From: Fonticula alba ATCC 38817
Lineage: Eukaryota; Protista; Nucleariida
Strand: one strand, 5' to 3'
Assembly: GCA_000388065.2 (NCBI GenBank)
Contig: KB932203.1
DNA: 64,000 bases
The notes below the pieces were generated by a model. That model saw only the letters and a list, made by a program, of their open reading frames with translations, was not told where the DNA came from and ran no database searches. This document shows positions 1-12,894 of this stretch, in pieces (within the stretch, counting starts at the first letter, position 1; each line of letters begins with the position of its first letter). The translations under genes were made by a program, and so were the position numbers.

Positions 1-37
1 CTCCCTTGCCAGTTATCCACCTTTCTGCCTCCCCAAG

Positions 38-3000
38 CTTTGCCATCATGGCCGCCTACCTAGACAAGGAGCAGGACGCCTTTAACCTGGTGGTCTGGGA
101 TGCCCGGCGGGTGCGTCCACAGGCCGGCTCTTTGCGCCTGCTTTTGTGTTTGGCCGGTTTCCCCAGCCATTGCTGATGCTCCTTCCTTTGCCTTTGATCC
201 CCACTCCCCCCTTCTCCTGTTGGTGCAATTCCCAGGGCCTCGATCGCAGCCAGCACTTTCTCCTTCCCTTCCCTGCTGGGGGAAGTCGCGAGCGTAAGCT
301 CGACTTCTGTTCACTCTACCTTTCTCATCAGTGCGTCCCTGTGGCCGCCTCCCCTCACACCAGTGGCATTTGAATTGATCTCGACGACTCATGTCTGTTT
401 GTCCTCCCCACTCCCCCACCCCCGTCCGCCTGGCAGTCCCAACCAGTGGTCACATCTTTTCCTGGTCAGCAGTTCCTGGTGTGACGGCTGGGCTGCCATC
501 TCCTGCGACCTGGATGACAGCCGCCAGGGCATGCCTCCGCGTGATGATCATGTTTACTCGCATCGCAGCCTCTCGCAAATCATCCGCAATGGCGTGGCCG
601 ACAAGGACGAAACGACCTTCTGGTTCCGCTGGCCGGTCCTCGGAGCCACCCTTTCGTCGGAAGACCATCCGAACCTGGCTGGAGCCTTGCGCATCGACGA
701 CATGACAGCGGTTCTCTGCCCGGTCGGGCCGCTGCCGTGCGTGTCAATGGCGGACCGGGCCTCGCGCGTGTCCTTCCCTCCCCTCTGTCTCGCCTTGTTG
801 CTCTTCTTTCTCCCCTTACTGCAACGCGCCCGAAGGACATGCGGCTAACCTGGGCAACCCGCGCCGCCATGGTCAGCCCACCGGGCCGTGGCTCGCGCGA
901 CAAGGTCCCCGTCAATCGGTTGCGCATCATGGTGTCCGTAACTTCGGCACTGGATCCCGAGCCCGGCTGCCTGCGGCTGCCCAATGGTTTGGTCTTGTTT
1001 GATGTTTCACAAATCCTGGCCGATCCAGCCACTGCGGTCCACTTGGACCCCCAACTCTATCCACGTGAGGTGCCGATCGGCACTGCCTCCTTCTATCACC
1101 GGGTGGTGTCGCACCTGCTGCCGGCGCCGCGCTTTCCACACATGAGTGAAATGCGCTTCGGCCTGTCGCGCGATGACCTGGACATCGGCCCGGTCGAGGG
1201 GGATCTCCTGCAGGTGGTATATGGTGCGCAATGTCCCCCCTCTTGCCTCGCTGCTCTTCGGTCGGCCTCTGTCCTGCTCCCTCCCTGCCCCGATGTCTGG
1301 CGAAATGCCACGCTCTTGATACTCACCCATGTCCTAGTCCCCAAAAGCATGTATGACCTGCCGAGCCCGACGGACCCGGCCGCGGCCGGCCCCTCCGAGG
1401 CCAACACCGAGGCACCGGCCCAGGCCGAAGCGCCCAACTCGCCGCTCGATAGCCCGGATTCCGGCTTGTCCTCCTCCTCTTCCTCGGCATCCATCTTCCT
1501 GGAATCTGTGGCCCAGCGTGTGTCGGACCTAAGTCGGTCGTCCTCCTGCGAGTCTGTCAGCGCCATGGGCACCCCCCGGAGCGGGACATCCCTCTCGCCC
1601 TCCACGTCGATCTCCTCGCTGGCAGCGGTCTTCCAGCGCTCGGCCGAGTCGGAGGTCGGCAGTGCACCGGAAACCCCAACCGGCTCCGGGACCACCCTTC
1701 TCCGACGGTCGTCCAGCAGTGCTCGCCGCGCGGCTCCGGGCAGCCTCGTGTCGAAGATGATCAATCGCTTTGGCGGGACCCCCGACACCGAGCCGGCCAG
1801 CGCTCCGACCGCCAGTGGCCTGGGCATCGGCATTGGGCGATCAGCCGGCAATCAACTGGCCGGACTGGCCAGCCCCGAGGCCGGGCCAGATGACCGGCGT
1901 GTGGTTTCCGCGGTGCTGGCTTCCCTGGCCGAGGTGGTCTTGGCCGCGCCCGGGTCGCCCTCGCCCCATGGACACCGGGCCACAGGCAGCATGGGCCGTC
2001 TGGACGAGGACTCCACCCCCCTGGCCAGCAGCTCAGCCGAGTCGGCTGCGGCCACTTCCCCCCTGGCCACACCGGTTCCCGAGGAGTCTCTCATGCTTTC
2101 GGGATGTCCCTCTTCCGATGGGGAAGCCCTCTCGCTTTCTCACGACCCGTCTCGTGCCAGGGACCCGGCTGCTGGGCCGGATCCTCCCGAATGGCTGCCG
2201 TCCGTCAATGAGTCTCTTCTCAATGACGTGCTTCCAGGTGACTCGTCGATGCAGGAGCTGCCTCCTGGCGCGGGGGCCCTTGTTCTAGCCGGCAGCGAGG
2301 CCGAAGCCACCGCCGTGCATGAGCCTGCACCGGCGTCCGTGTCTGACGCACCATCCATCAGCCAGCATGTACTTGCCCAGGGGGCGAGCGCTGTCACGGA
2401 CACGTCTGTCCCGAGGAGTCTGCTCGGTGCCGGCGACACGGCTGGCACCGGCCGGTCTGCGTCCCCCGGTCAGCCGCTCAATGCCGGCCGGGCGGCCTTC
2501 ACGGCCCAAGATGTGTCCCCCATTCAAGAGGCGATTCAGCCTTCCTGCGACTTTGGGTCCCTTGATGGGGGCCCGTCTGCTGGCTACCAGCTGGCCGATG
2601 GAGGTGGTCCGCACGATCGTCATCTCCTCCCGGGCTCGGAGAAGGAGCTCTTGACTGAGAGCACATGTGTGGACACGACCCCAAGTGTGCTGGCAGCCGC
2701 ACTGCCCAGCCAAGAGGCACCCTGTACGGCCGAGGCACCTGACATGGCCATGGGCCAGCCTGCCGAATGTGACGGTGTCTCCATCAGCACTGAGGTGCAT
2801 CCGCACGAGCGAGCCGCCGCCCCGAGTGAGCTCACTTTGGACGGAGGGCCGAACATGCATGGTGATGACGCAGCCGCTGGCGGGCTGGCATCGGGTGGCA
2901 CTCTATCCCCGAGCGTCGGTGCTATCTCTGCCAGTGCCGGCGAGCTTCTCGCCAGTGACGACGAGGCGACCGCCGATATGCCAGTTGAGACGAATAACTC

Positions 3001-6000
3001 CGGCACCCTGTCCGCCGGGGAACCGATCCATGCGGAGGGTGAGCCGGATAGCACCAGTCTTGTGCCGATGGCCTCGCTGGATGTTCTCCCTCTTGATATC
3101 CCTCCTCCAGATGTTTCCCCTCCTGTTGCTCGCTCTTCCAGTGCCTGCTCTCCTGTTGCTTCCCCTGCCGGCGCTTCCCCTACCGGCGTTTCCCCTACCG
3201 GGGCCTCCTTCACCGATGTTGCCATCACCGAAGGCACGGAGCTCCTGCCTGGGCTTGACGCATCCTGCGACGAGGCACTGTCTTCCTCCAGGGGCGCTCA
3301 TGCGGTTGAGAGCGGTCTTGCTACCGACATGCCACCTTCGCACGGCGGCGATGATGTTGCCACTCCAATGGGCGAGCCGGTGGCTACTCTGGTAGTTTCA
3401 AGCGACGGAATTTCTCGCCGCGACAACATCGAGCATCCTTCGGCGGATGACAGCAGCTCGGGTCCGGCCGGGGACTTGGCGGTCCTTCCGACCGACACCA
3501 TGATGGCCACCAGCACAGCACCATCTCCTGCTCGCTCTGTGGCCCCTGCTCAGTTGCTCTCGGCCATTGACAGCGGCTCACCGACCATCTCCGACCTATC
3601 TGGCGCCGATTATCCGATGGCCGAGGGTGCTGCTCTCCAGATAGACGATGTTGCAAGTAGCCCTGGGTCCGTCTTCACGGATGGTGCCAGCTCCCCAGGC
3701 GAAGCCTCCCCTGGTGATGAGCTGTCCCCTGCGCATGGACCGTCCAGTGGCCGGGAGGAAGTTGCCCCACTTGGCGGCCCGTCCTCGTCGAATGAGCTGT
3801 TCTCCGGCCATGAGGCGGTCCCCACTGGCGCTTCGCTCGAGGCCACCGAATCGGCCCCGGCTGCCACCTCCCCCCATGGCGATGCATCACCCCTCGTCGA
3901 TGCACCCGTTGCCGAGGAAAGTGCCCTTCGTGATGAGGGGTGCACATCTTCCATGGACCAGCCCGCCCTCGACAGCACCGACGTCCCTGTGGTGGCTGTT
4001 GGCCATGTTGCTGGGAATGATGCTGCTGCCGCGCAGGTGGCCGATGTGCCCGGGCCTGCCGCCGATTTGGCATCTGTCAACAGGATGACCCCTGATTCCG
4101 TCGGGTGTGCCTCCGCCACCGGCAAGGCCCCCCCGACCGGGGCCGAGTGCCTGGAGCGTTGCGACCTGTCCGATCAGGAGACTGGCTCCGGGCCGGCGGC
4201 TGTTTCCGAGCCGAGTCCCGCTCGTCTCCCAGATGCCACCTTGAGTCGAGACCTCGGTTTCGACCGGGACCCCCCTTCTTACGAGGTGTCTTCCATCGAG
4301 AGCGGGGCCGCCGTTGGCGATGGGGCGTCCTCCGAAGACGAAGGAGCAGACATCGGAGCTGACGACGGCGAGGTGCCTGTGCTTGCCGCTGTCACGGACG
4401 TTGGCGGCGCCGAGGCGCCTGTTTCTTGGGAACCTGTCGCTTCTGGCGTCGGAAATTCCGAGAGCCGGCCTTCGCTCGACGATGCCCCCTTCTCGGGCGA
4501 TACTTCCCCCGCCACAGGAGCATCTCCATCTGTTTGCCAGCCCGCCTGTGAGTCCGCAACCGCACGTGAGCTCCCCGGCGCCTGTACATCCGACCCGAAT
4601 GGTTCCTGGCGCCTCGACAGTCGGGAGCACTCTCCACCTCCGGTGCTTGGATGTGTTGAGGCTTTCTCTGGCGATGGACCTCCGTCTGCTATTCTCGGGG
4701 CTCACCTGGCCGAGGAGACCGCTGGCTATACTGAACTGGCCTCGGCCGAGGATCGCACTCATGATGTGGTGGCAGCTGCGCAGACCGTCGCTGCCACCCT
4801 CACCCCTGAGCCAAGCCTCACGGGCCTTGGTCATTCAGCCGGGCCCATCACCGGTGAGGCAGCACCTGATGTGGAGGCGGCTTCCATGGTGGCCGAGATT
4901 GCGGCCACAGATGTCTCCGGCAATTTGAGCTCTTCGCCTGAGCACATCCCCATCGATGCTGACCAGCCGGCTGACGAGGTGTCTTCTCCCATTGAAGCCG
5001 ATACCGCCGGACATATGGCCTCCGATGGTGGTGAATTCGCCCTCAACCATGTCGGCCATCTGGGTGACGTGTCTGAGGCCACCAGTGAGTCGGCCCTCGC
5101 GACGGCCGAATCGGACCCAGGCGTGCTTGGTCTTTTGGATGGGGCCAGCCCCTCGGCCGATGCGCCGGTCGAGGTTACACCCTTGGCTGGGGGGCCGCTT
5201 GCAGTCCATGGGATGGCTGTCGGCAATGCAGGCGGTGCCATCAGTGAATGCCTGTCCGAGGCCGATGGCGATCATGCTCGGGCCGAGGGTCCGACAGACA
5301 CTCACATCGCTGGGCATGGCGCTGCGGATCCCCATGCAGATGAGCTTGCTGACGCAGCGTCCGGCTTTGTCGCGGACACACCGGGCAATGGCGAAGTGTG
5401 TGCCGCCCGCATGGCGCATTTGCCAGGCGAAAGTGCCCCGCCAGACACGGCCGCTGTGTTGGATTGTGTCGACCCGATGTCCGAGGCCCTCCCCGAGGCC
5501 GATGCTGCCACGCCGTACGGAGCGCCCACTTCCATCGGGTCGTCCCCCGATCAAGGCACACATTCGGCCGGGCTTCCCAGCCTCGAGAATGGTGCCTGTG
5601 TCGACGCCACGATGGTCTCCACCGGCGAGGTGCCACCCGGCCACAGGGGTGTCCCCTTCGATGGGACTGCTCTGGATCTTGCGCAGACCACGGCCACCGA
5701 GTCGACCTCGACCGACTTCGCCTCCTCGGCAACCGGCACAGCCTCCGAGGGCCATGGGCTTTCCCCGTGCGCTGTGGGAACCGCCGATGGAGTTGCCCTG
5801 GGAGGCGGTGCGATTGCCGGGGTTGAGGCCATTCCCGAGGCAGAGCCATCCCCTGCCCTGCCGGTGGCGCTAGCTGATCCCGGAGTTCCAGGCACTGAGC
5901 TAATCGCAGAGGCCACCCCCATTCCCGAAGGCCATATCATCCCCGGCCCCAGTGGGATCCCCGAGGGTGATGTGCTTGCCGAGAGCGACCCATCTTCGGA

Positions 6001-9000
6001 CGACGAGGCGTCTTCTCGTTCTTCTTCTTTCTCCTCTTCTCCTTCTTATCCATCTTCGGTCGAAACCCAGTCTCTGGGTGAGGAGACTCTGGCTGAGGCC
6101 GCGATTCCCGGAAGCCATGACGATGCACCGGCCACTCGCACGGATGTCGCTGATGGCTCCATTGCTGCGAGGGAGCCGGACCCCGACAATCAGCCAGCAT
6201 CCCTCGACCCCAAGGACCGGGTACTCGATGTTCAGAGCGGTGATTGCACACCAGGTGACAATCCCACGAAGGAACTTGAGCCCAGCTGCACCAGCGAGGC
6301 CGCTCGTCCAGGCGACTGTGATGGCGGAAACCCGGCGGCTGGGCCGACCGAGCCTGCTTCCCGGGCTGCTGCCCGATCCCTGGTGGCCAGTGTGGTTCCT
6401 GCCGAGCTGATGGCCGTCGTGGGTGGGGGATTCGTGTCGAGCAAGGTGAGCCTGGAATCTATGGACCCCTTGCCCTGTGTCACTCCTGTCAGTGGCAATA
6501 GCCCCACGAAGGAGACACATTGCCCAGGCAGTCAGCCCGGGGGACATGCATCACAGGCGGCGCCTGCCCTGCAAGACCCAGAAGCAAATGCCCCCTCAAC
6601 TGGGACCAGTTCCGCTGATGCGGAGGCCAGCCTCGTCGGCCAGGCGTGTGTCACCCTGGATGTGCCCTCCTCCGATGGGACGACCAACACCGATGGCCTG
6701 CCAGCCACCGAGGCGCCTGTCTCTGCGTCGGATATGCCCAGCGATGGTGTTGGGGATGTCCCTCTTTCTGGCAGTGGCCCTGCTCCTGTCGACCGCGAGA
6801 CGCTTGGGGATGTCCCATGCCACGGGGCTGGTGGCTCGATGCCCGGCGAGAGGGCCATCGCCGGGGAGGTGGCCTGCACCATCAGCCAGACTCCGGCGGC
6901 TGGCCGTCCATCGGATCGGCCTGCCGACATGCCAGCCGATGCTGCCTGCCCACCGCCGGTGGATGAGGACGTCTCTTCGCCGGGTGCGCGGTCCACGGGG
7001 CGTCTGATCACCGTGCCCAGCGGCGACACCTCGCCGGGAATGGCTGAGCCGGCCCAGGCTTCCGCTCTGACCATGGCATCCGTCGAGGATGTGTCCTCCG
7101 AGCAGTGTGTCATCGACGTGCCATTCCCCGACCCAAGCACCACTGCCGGTGGGGACGTCCCTCCTCCTGGGTCTTTTGCCTCCTCCGGGCATTCTCCTCG
7201 CGATGTGTCTTCCTCGGATGGTCAACTTGGTGGCGCTCTTCTGGCCGGCATTGTTCCCTCTTGCGCGGCCGCATCGCCGCCCGAGGTCATGATCGCCGCC
7301 GGCCCCGCCGCCGTCGCCTGTCTGTTGCCCCAGGCGTCTGACTCCGAGGACCCCTTGGCCGAAGCTCCACCTTCAATTGGGCCTTCTCTTGACGGGGACA
7401 CTATCCAGGATGGCCTGTCTGCTGAGGCTAGCCCTGCCGCAGCCGGTTCGCCGGTTGTTGTCAGCGGTGCCGGTACCGGTGAGCCGGTTTCTCCTGCCCC
7501 CAGTCCGACACACCTTTCCGGTGACATGCCCTCTCCCCACCCTCCGACCAGCGAATTGGCCACCCATCTGGATGCCGTCCGTGTGACAGACCGCCCAAGC
7601 CGGGAAGCCCCTGCTTGTGGCGCTATCACGGGAGATGACAAGAAGCCGGGGGATCGGTCTGATGCCGAGGACATTAGCCACATGGAGGGCCAGTGTGCGA
7701 GGAGCAGCGAGCCGACAGGTGCCATTTCCGGGCGCGCCGCTCTTCCCATGGCCGATGGCGGGCCCGAGCTCCTAGCCCACGGAGTTGAGGCTGTGACTGG
7801 GTGCGCCATCGGGCTGCCCTCAATCGCTGAGAGCTCACTTCGAGCGGATTCGGCGTCTGGGGGAAGCCCACCCCTCTCCAGTGGGCGGGACCTGCCTGCC
7901 TGTGATGCCGGATCTGCCGCCCCGTCGGTCTCTGAGAAGTCCCCTCTCCGTGAGGGGCTGTCCACCATTGAGCGGAGCAACTCCCAGGGCAGCTTCGATG
8001 CTCCCGAGGGCGTTGCCGTTGGTAAGTCACCTCTCCGCCGGGAGGAGTCGTCGCCCCGGCCGGGTCCCGTCGAGGGCCTTTGGTCGCCTTTGGCGGGTGG
8101 CCTCGATCCGGCCGATGTGTCGCTCTTCGACCGGGAACTCACCCTCGGCCAGTCCTCAGGGCACTCTGGCGGGGTGACCCCACCAGTGGGGCCCATTTCC
8201 TTGGAGGACCCCTCCTCAAGTGGGGAGTCCGTGTTGATGGGTGGTCCGACATCCAGCAAGGGGCATGTTACTGTGGTGGATGCCTTCCCCAGCCGAGATG
8301 CCATTCCCGACATGCGGCCACCCTCCCACGCATGGCATGGGCCTGTTGCTGAGGCGCCCGCCTCGATTGAGCATCTGCCGCCTGGCGAAGCCTCTTCCCC
8401 CGATGACACGACGCCCGATGGGGCGGCCCTGGAGCCCGGTCTTCCGGGTATGTGGGGATCTGCCAGCGGGCCAAGGCAAAATGCCGTGGCCGAGCCCGAC
8501 CGGGGGCTCAGTTCCCCGGAGGCAGGGTCTTCCCCAGACGACTTGGCGGTCAGCCCGCGGTCGGGACTGCTCGAGGAGTCGGCCCCAACCGGCAGCTCGG
8601 AATCCATCGAGGGGGAGCCGCTTTCTTCCGAGGCGACCTCCCTGTCTGGAGGGCCGTGTGTGGCTGCCCGGTCGTCTGCCGACTGCCTGACCGGCGATGA
8701 GCCTGTCATGAGCAAGGTCCTTTCAACTGCCTGCCCTGTGGCTCCTGGCGGAGGGTCACCCCCTACCGAGGAGGCTCCCCTTGAAGGACATGTCCCCGTT
8801 GGTGAGCAGCCAGGCCTTGTGGATCAGACCGTGCCCAATTCCGCGACAAATCCCATCGTCGGGATCTCGGCGTCTGGGGGGCCCCCTTCCGTTGCACAAG
8901 CCTTCCCCGAGCATGAGCCCACCCCATGTGCCTCTATGGCTGGATTTCCGGTCTCCACCGACACAGGCCCCCCCTCCAGCATGTCGCACTCCATCGAGGG

Positions 9001-10312
9001 ACTAATGGGCGCTCAGGCACCAGCTCGCCAGGAGGCCGACCCCCTGGCCGAAATGGCCTCCCCCGCTATGGAGCCAACCCGCCCCGGTCATTGGGATGCC
9101 GTTGAGGCAGCCTCCCCGGGGGGGAGCACCGCATCTGTCCAGGCGCCTGTCGGTCGCGCCGGGCTCGACACGGCCAAGGCCACTGACCTTGCCCACGTGT
9201 GCCATCCGCCCGGTGGGGATGTTTCCGGGCTCCCGGGACTCCCGAGTGCCGGGTTTGCGCCTCCCACCGAGCCGGAATCCGCCCTGGGCCCCCTCACCAA
9301 TGATGGGAGCCTCGGTCCGATGCCTTCGGCGTGTGTCCCGAAAGCCCCGGTCGTCCCCGCAAGCTCTCTGGCCGGCCAGGGTAAAATGGACCTCCCGTCG
9401 GATGTCGGGCCCCTGGCGTATCCTTTGTGCCAGCCGGACACCGACCAGATTCGGGCTTCCTGTGCAGTGGGCCCCGGCTCGACTCGGCCGTCGCCGGGCT
9501 CCGGCGTGGTCCTGCCCTCGCTGGACTCGGAGCCCATCCCCTCGGCACACACATCCGAGGCGGAGCCCTCTCCGAGCAGCAGTCCGTTGCTCCAGTCCCC
9601 GGATGAGCAGCATCTCCTGGCATGGGAGACGTCACTCCTGTCCAAGGGGGGCCACGCCGCCCTTCCCCCCTCAGTGGACTTGTCCGCCCGGTGCGACCTT
9701 TTCCTGGCCCCTTTGCTCGGCTCTGCCGGTGAGAGCGACTTCTCCGCTGCCTTGGAAATGCTCGCCCAGCGGGTGGGCCAGCTCGAGCGGCATCTGTCCA
9801 ATCCCCCGCCGACCGGCATCGAGATGCCCCCTCTCGGGCAGCTGGCCGATGGGGTGAATGCCTGTGTCGGGCTTTGGCCTGGCTGCCTGCCGCCACATGG
9901 GGAAGATCTCCGCGGGCCGGAGGCCTTCCAGCAGGGTACCGTCTTTTCGCGCTTTCCCGGCGCCCATTTCACACCATGTCTTGGTGTTCCATTTTCCCTT
10001 TCGCCCGCTTCCTTTCTCTCCTCCTTCTTCCTCGAGCTCACATCGCACTTGGCCCCACTCCGGTCAGCGTTGCAACTGGCATGTGAGATCGACCGAGTCC
10101 GGGCGTCGAGCGGCCCGGTCGCATGGCAGTCTCCGGTCGCGACTCCTTGCGCTGGCCGGCCGGCCGCTTATTTGAACGACTTCGAGGATCGCATCGATCG
10201 CTTCCGAACCCAACTCCTGGGGGTGGCCGCCGGTTTGTCCGCATGCGAGTCATTGCTCGGGCCGGGATAGTGCGTTGCATCTTCCACCTCCATTCATCGC
10301 CCCGCACCTCTC

Positions 10313-10361
<49 letters not shown>

Positions 10362-10712
10362 CTGCCTCTTTCTCTCCCGCTCGCTCGCCCTCTTGGGCAT
10401 ATGTGCCCCCCCCCCNNNNNNNNNNNNNNNNNNNNNNNNNNNNNNNNNNNNNNNNNNNNNNNNNNNNNNNNNNNNCCCCCCGGCCCCGCCGCCACCCTCC
10501 GCCCCCTGTGTCCCTCCTTCCCCGTCGCCTGTGGGCTAACTTCGCTTGCTTGGCTCCGTCCCTTCCTCTTGCTCCGGCCCAGCGACGCGACGCTGGAGCA
10601 ATTTGCCCTGCTGAGTGGCCATGTGCGCAATCGGCTGCCAATGGTACGCCAGCGTCTCCAGGACCAAGCCCGGCGGATTCGCATGCTGGAATTGCACGCG
10701 CTGCTGGACTAG
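38..10712 (+). CDS. Giant low-complexity hypothetical protein, 5'-partial (begins left of the window); possible beta-propeller-like N-region, ~2800-aa Ser/Pro/Ala/Gly/acidic disordered middle, helical/coiled-coil C-terminus
   Basis: Phase-consistent chain 38-110, 167-293, 364-736, 877-9935, 10068-10269, 10583-10712 with GT-AG ends; after the first partial-codon base it totals 3321 codons including the stop. Branch points: CTAAC 845-849, CTCAC 10037-10041, CTAAC 10536-10540. Contains the 3177-aa ORF 737..10270. No family recognised. Confidence 0.75.
10309..10358 (+). repeat. (CT)n microsatellite in the last intron of the giant gene
   Basis: Direct sequence; followed by a C-run and an N gap. 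Confidence 0.95.
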
Positions 10713-10788
10713 CCCCGGGGGCCGGGTCCCAGCGTGTTGGATTCCTGACCACAATATATCCCCACTTGTTGGGAGTTGCGCGTGCTAT

Positions 10789-11628
10789 TCATTCTGGCCT
10801 GGTTGTCGATACCGGGGCCAGTAGGATTCCGCGGAGTTTGAACGGCGTGGCAAAGGGCAAGGGGAGATCATACCGGAAGCACGCGTGAAGCGTGGCCATC
10901 ACCGCTCTGTACTGCCGAGAGCGGATGGCTTCGGCCTCCTTCGGGAAGAGGGCCACCAGCTCGGCCAGAGCCTGCTCTAGTTGCTGGGGCTGGAGGGTCG
11001 GTCCAACGTGCACGCCGGCCCATGCGTCTGGCCAATCGATGCACAAGGTTGGTGAGCCGATCAGCGCTCGGAGCTGGCGATGCCGCTCGGAGACCACGCC
11101 CGGATCAAGGGCCGCAGGTGCATCGGACACCGGCGGCTCGCCAGCGGCGGCCTCGCGATTGAGCAGCCGCAAAAGCGTCGAGAGCTTGAAAAACCGATCC
11201 AGGGGCCCGGGGACAAAGGGCAGCCCCCTCGGGTTGAGGGGAGCCGGGGCCCAATCTTCCGGGGCTTGCGGGTGTAGGATGATTGTGGCTGCATCGATCA
11301 GAAACCGTTGCTGGGAGGTCATGCGGCTGGCGGGAATAAGCTCGCGTCCGGCGTTGGCGGCCGCTTGGCGCATGGCATCCAGCCGGTGCTCCGACCATTG
11401 GGCTCGACACCGGCGGATGGCCAGCTGCAAGTCGGCCTGGGTGGCGGCCACCTGTTGCGAGCGAAGGTCCAGCTCGGCCTGCACCGCTTCCAGGCGCTCG
11501 ACCGCTTGGGCGAGTTCGGCGATGGTACGATCAATATCGCTGGCCGCCGTGGACAGTGGGCGGCGCAGGCCCAGGCCGGGGTGGCTGTGCCACCGTACTC
11601 CCGGGCAATGGCGGAGTCGAAAAAGCAT
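10789..11628 (-). CDS. Hypothetical protein (279 aa), probable mitochondrial presequence and N-terminal coiled coil
   Basis: Single-exon ORF from ATG 11628: MLFRLRHCPGVRWHSHPGLGLRRPLST is Arg-rich and acid-free, followed by heptad-like DIDRTIAELAQAVERLEAVQAEL. Confidence 0.65.
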   Translation of the reverse strand: MLFRLRHCPGVRWHSHPGLGLRRPLSTAASDIDRTIAELAQAVERLEAVQAELDLRSQQVAATQADLQLAIRRCRAQWSEHRLDAMRQAAANAGRELIPASRMTSQQRFLIDAATIILHPQAPEDWAPAPLNPRGLPFVPGPLDRFFKLSTLLRLLNREAAAGEPPVSDAPAALDPGVVSERHRQLRALIGSPTLCIDWPDAWAGVHVGPTLQPQQLEQALAELVALFPKEAEAIRSRQYRAVMATLHACFRYDLPLPFATPFKLRGILLAPVSTTRPE

Positions 11629-12017
11629 CCTTCTGCTCCGGACCCCCGGCAGGGAGGAATGGCAGGGCCCGGGAGACTTGCACTGGTGCGCGCAGCAACC
11701 GACGAGGAACAGAAGCAGGAAGGCGGGGGAGGAGCAGGAGGCGTGGCAGGGGGGGGGGGGGGCAGGGCGGCGCGCCAGGGAACGTGTATGGAGGCACACT
11801 CATGCAGCCCAAACTCGCGGCCAGATGGCCAGATCGCGGCAATTTATGTGTCCATTCGTTGGCACCATTTGTCCTGGACTTTTATGCCTCCGGTGTGTGC
11901 GGGCCGGTGTGGAGCACATCGATGGCCAGGCCCGCCTCTCCTCGCCCCCCCCCTCCCCCGCGCCCCCTCTGCTCCTCGCTCGTCGGCCAATTCGCCTCGC
12001 CCCTTCCCACCTTCGCC

Positions 12018-12464
12018 ATGTTCGACAACAAATCACGGCTCTTCATGCGGCCGTTCACCCTGCAGCCGCGCCTTTCCCACCGATCCACCCACTGGGGCCG
12101 GATGACCCTTCATGCCGAGTGGACCAACACATCGGCCTCCTTCACGCGGTATCTGCCCGTGGTCCGGGGGTTCCCCTTCCTGCTGCCGGCTTGCGCGGGG
12201 ATCCTCCTGGGCGCCGTGGCCGCCGGGTTGGACTTCCGCCTGCACTTGGAGCGGGCATGGGACCAGTCCATCGACCCGGGGCGCTTCTACAAGTACAAGC
12301 TGCTTGGATGGATCGGCAAGCGTGAGGGGCTGCAAAAGTACGAGCTCCACGACCCGGACAATGTGGCCGCGCTGCAGACCATGACCGAGGCCGAGCGCGA
12401 GCTCAACCGAGCCATGCTGTCGGCATCGTCCGGCGCGCCGAAGTCCCTCGCGGACTCCCTGTGA
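12018..12464 (+). CDS. Small single-pass membrane protein (148 aa), possibly a mitochondrial inner-membrane subunit
   Basis: ATG in GCCATG context; MFDNKSRLFMRPF...; one hydrophobic segment GFPFLLPACAGILLGAVAAGL; codon usage looks coding; divergent from the previous gene. Confidence 0.65.
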   Translation: MFDNKSRLFMRPFTLQPRLSHRSTHWGRMTLHAEWTNTSASFTRYLPVVRGFPFLLPACAGILLGAVAAGLDFRLHLERAWDQSIDPGRFYKYKLLGWIGKREGLQKYELHDPDNVAALQTMTEAERELNRAMLSASSGAPKSLADSL

Positions 12465-12894
12465 GCCGTGTCCTGCTCCGCCTCTGGGCTTTGTTTTTTT
12501 TTTTTNNNNNNNNNNNNNNNNNNNNNNNNNNNNNNNNNNNNNNNNNNNNNNNNNNNNNNNNNNNNNNNCCCCCCCCCCCCGACACACCAGCTGTATAATA
12601 GATCCCTCACCCCGACATGCCGTGCGCCCTTTGCCGGAGTATGCCTCCGAGATGTGGTCTGTCGGTGGGGCTGCCGCATGTTGGACACGCACGCGTCCAC
12701 GCCCACACGCCAGTGCACAAGCAGATCCCCCCCCCCCTCCTCACACGGGCTTGAGGAGCATGGCCGGGGAGAGACGGTGCTTCCTGTACGTTCATACATG
12801 AGGCCTGCGCGCGCGCGCGCGCGCGCGCGCGGCCGTCAAGCCTGTTTTATATTCATCCCGGCAGAGCGAGAGCACATATTGCCTCTTGCGCGCC

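Noticed and set aside
1096-10041. Many long antisense and alternate-frame ORFs inside the giant gene (e.g. 7222..8715 -, 4835..5755 -, 9088..10041 -)
   Set aside because: Shadow ORFs expected from stop-codon scarcity at high GC; Arg/Gly/Pro-rich with no motifs.
10268-10270. Stop-codon readthrough or recoding at the end of the giant ORF
   Set aside because: Better explained by the overlapping splice donor, which has a matching branch point and in-phase acceptor.
10892-12325. 477-aa plus-strand ORF
   Set aside because: Mostly antisense to the 10789-11628 gene and runs through intergenic G-runs; not protein-like.
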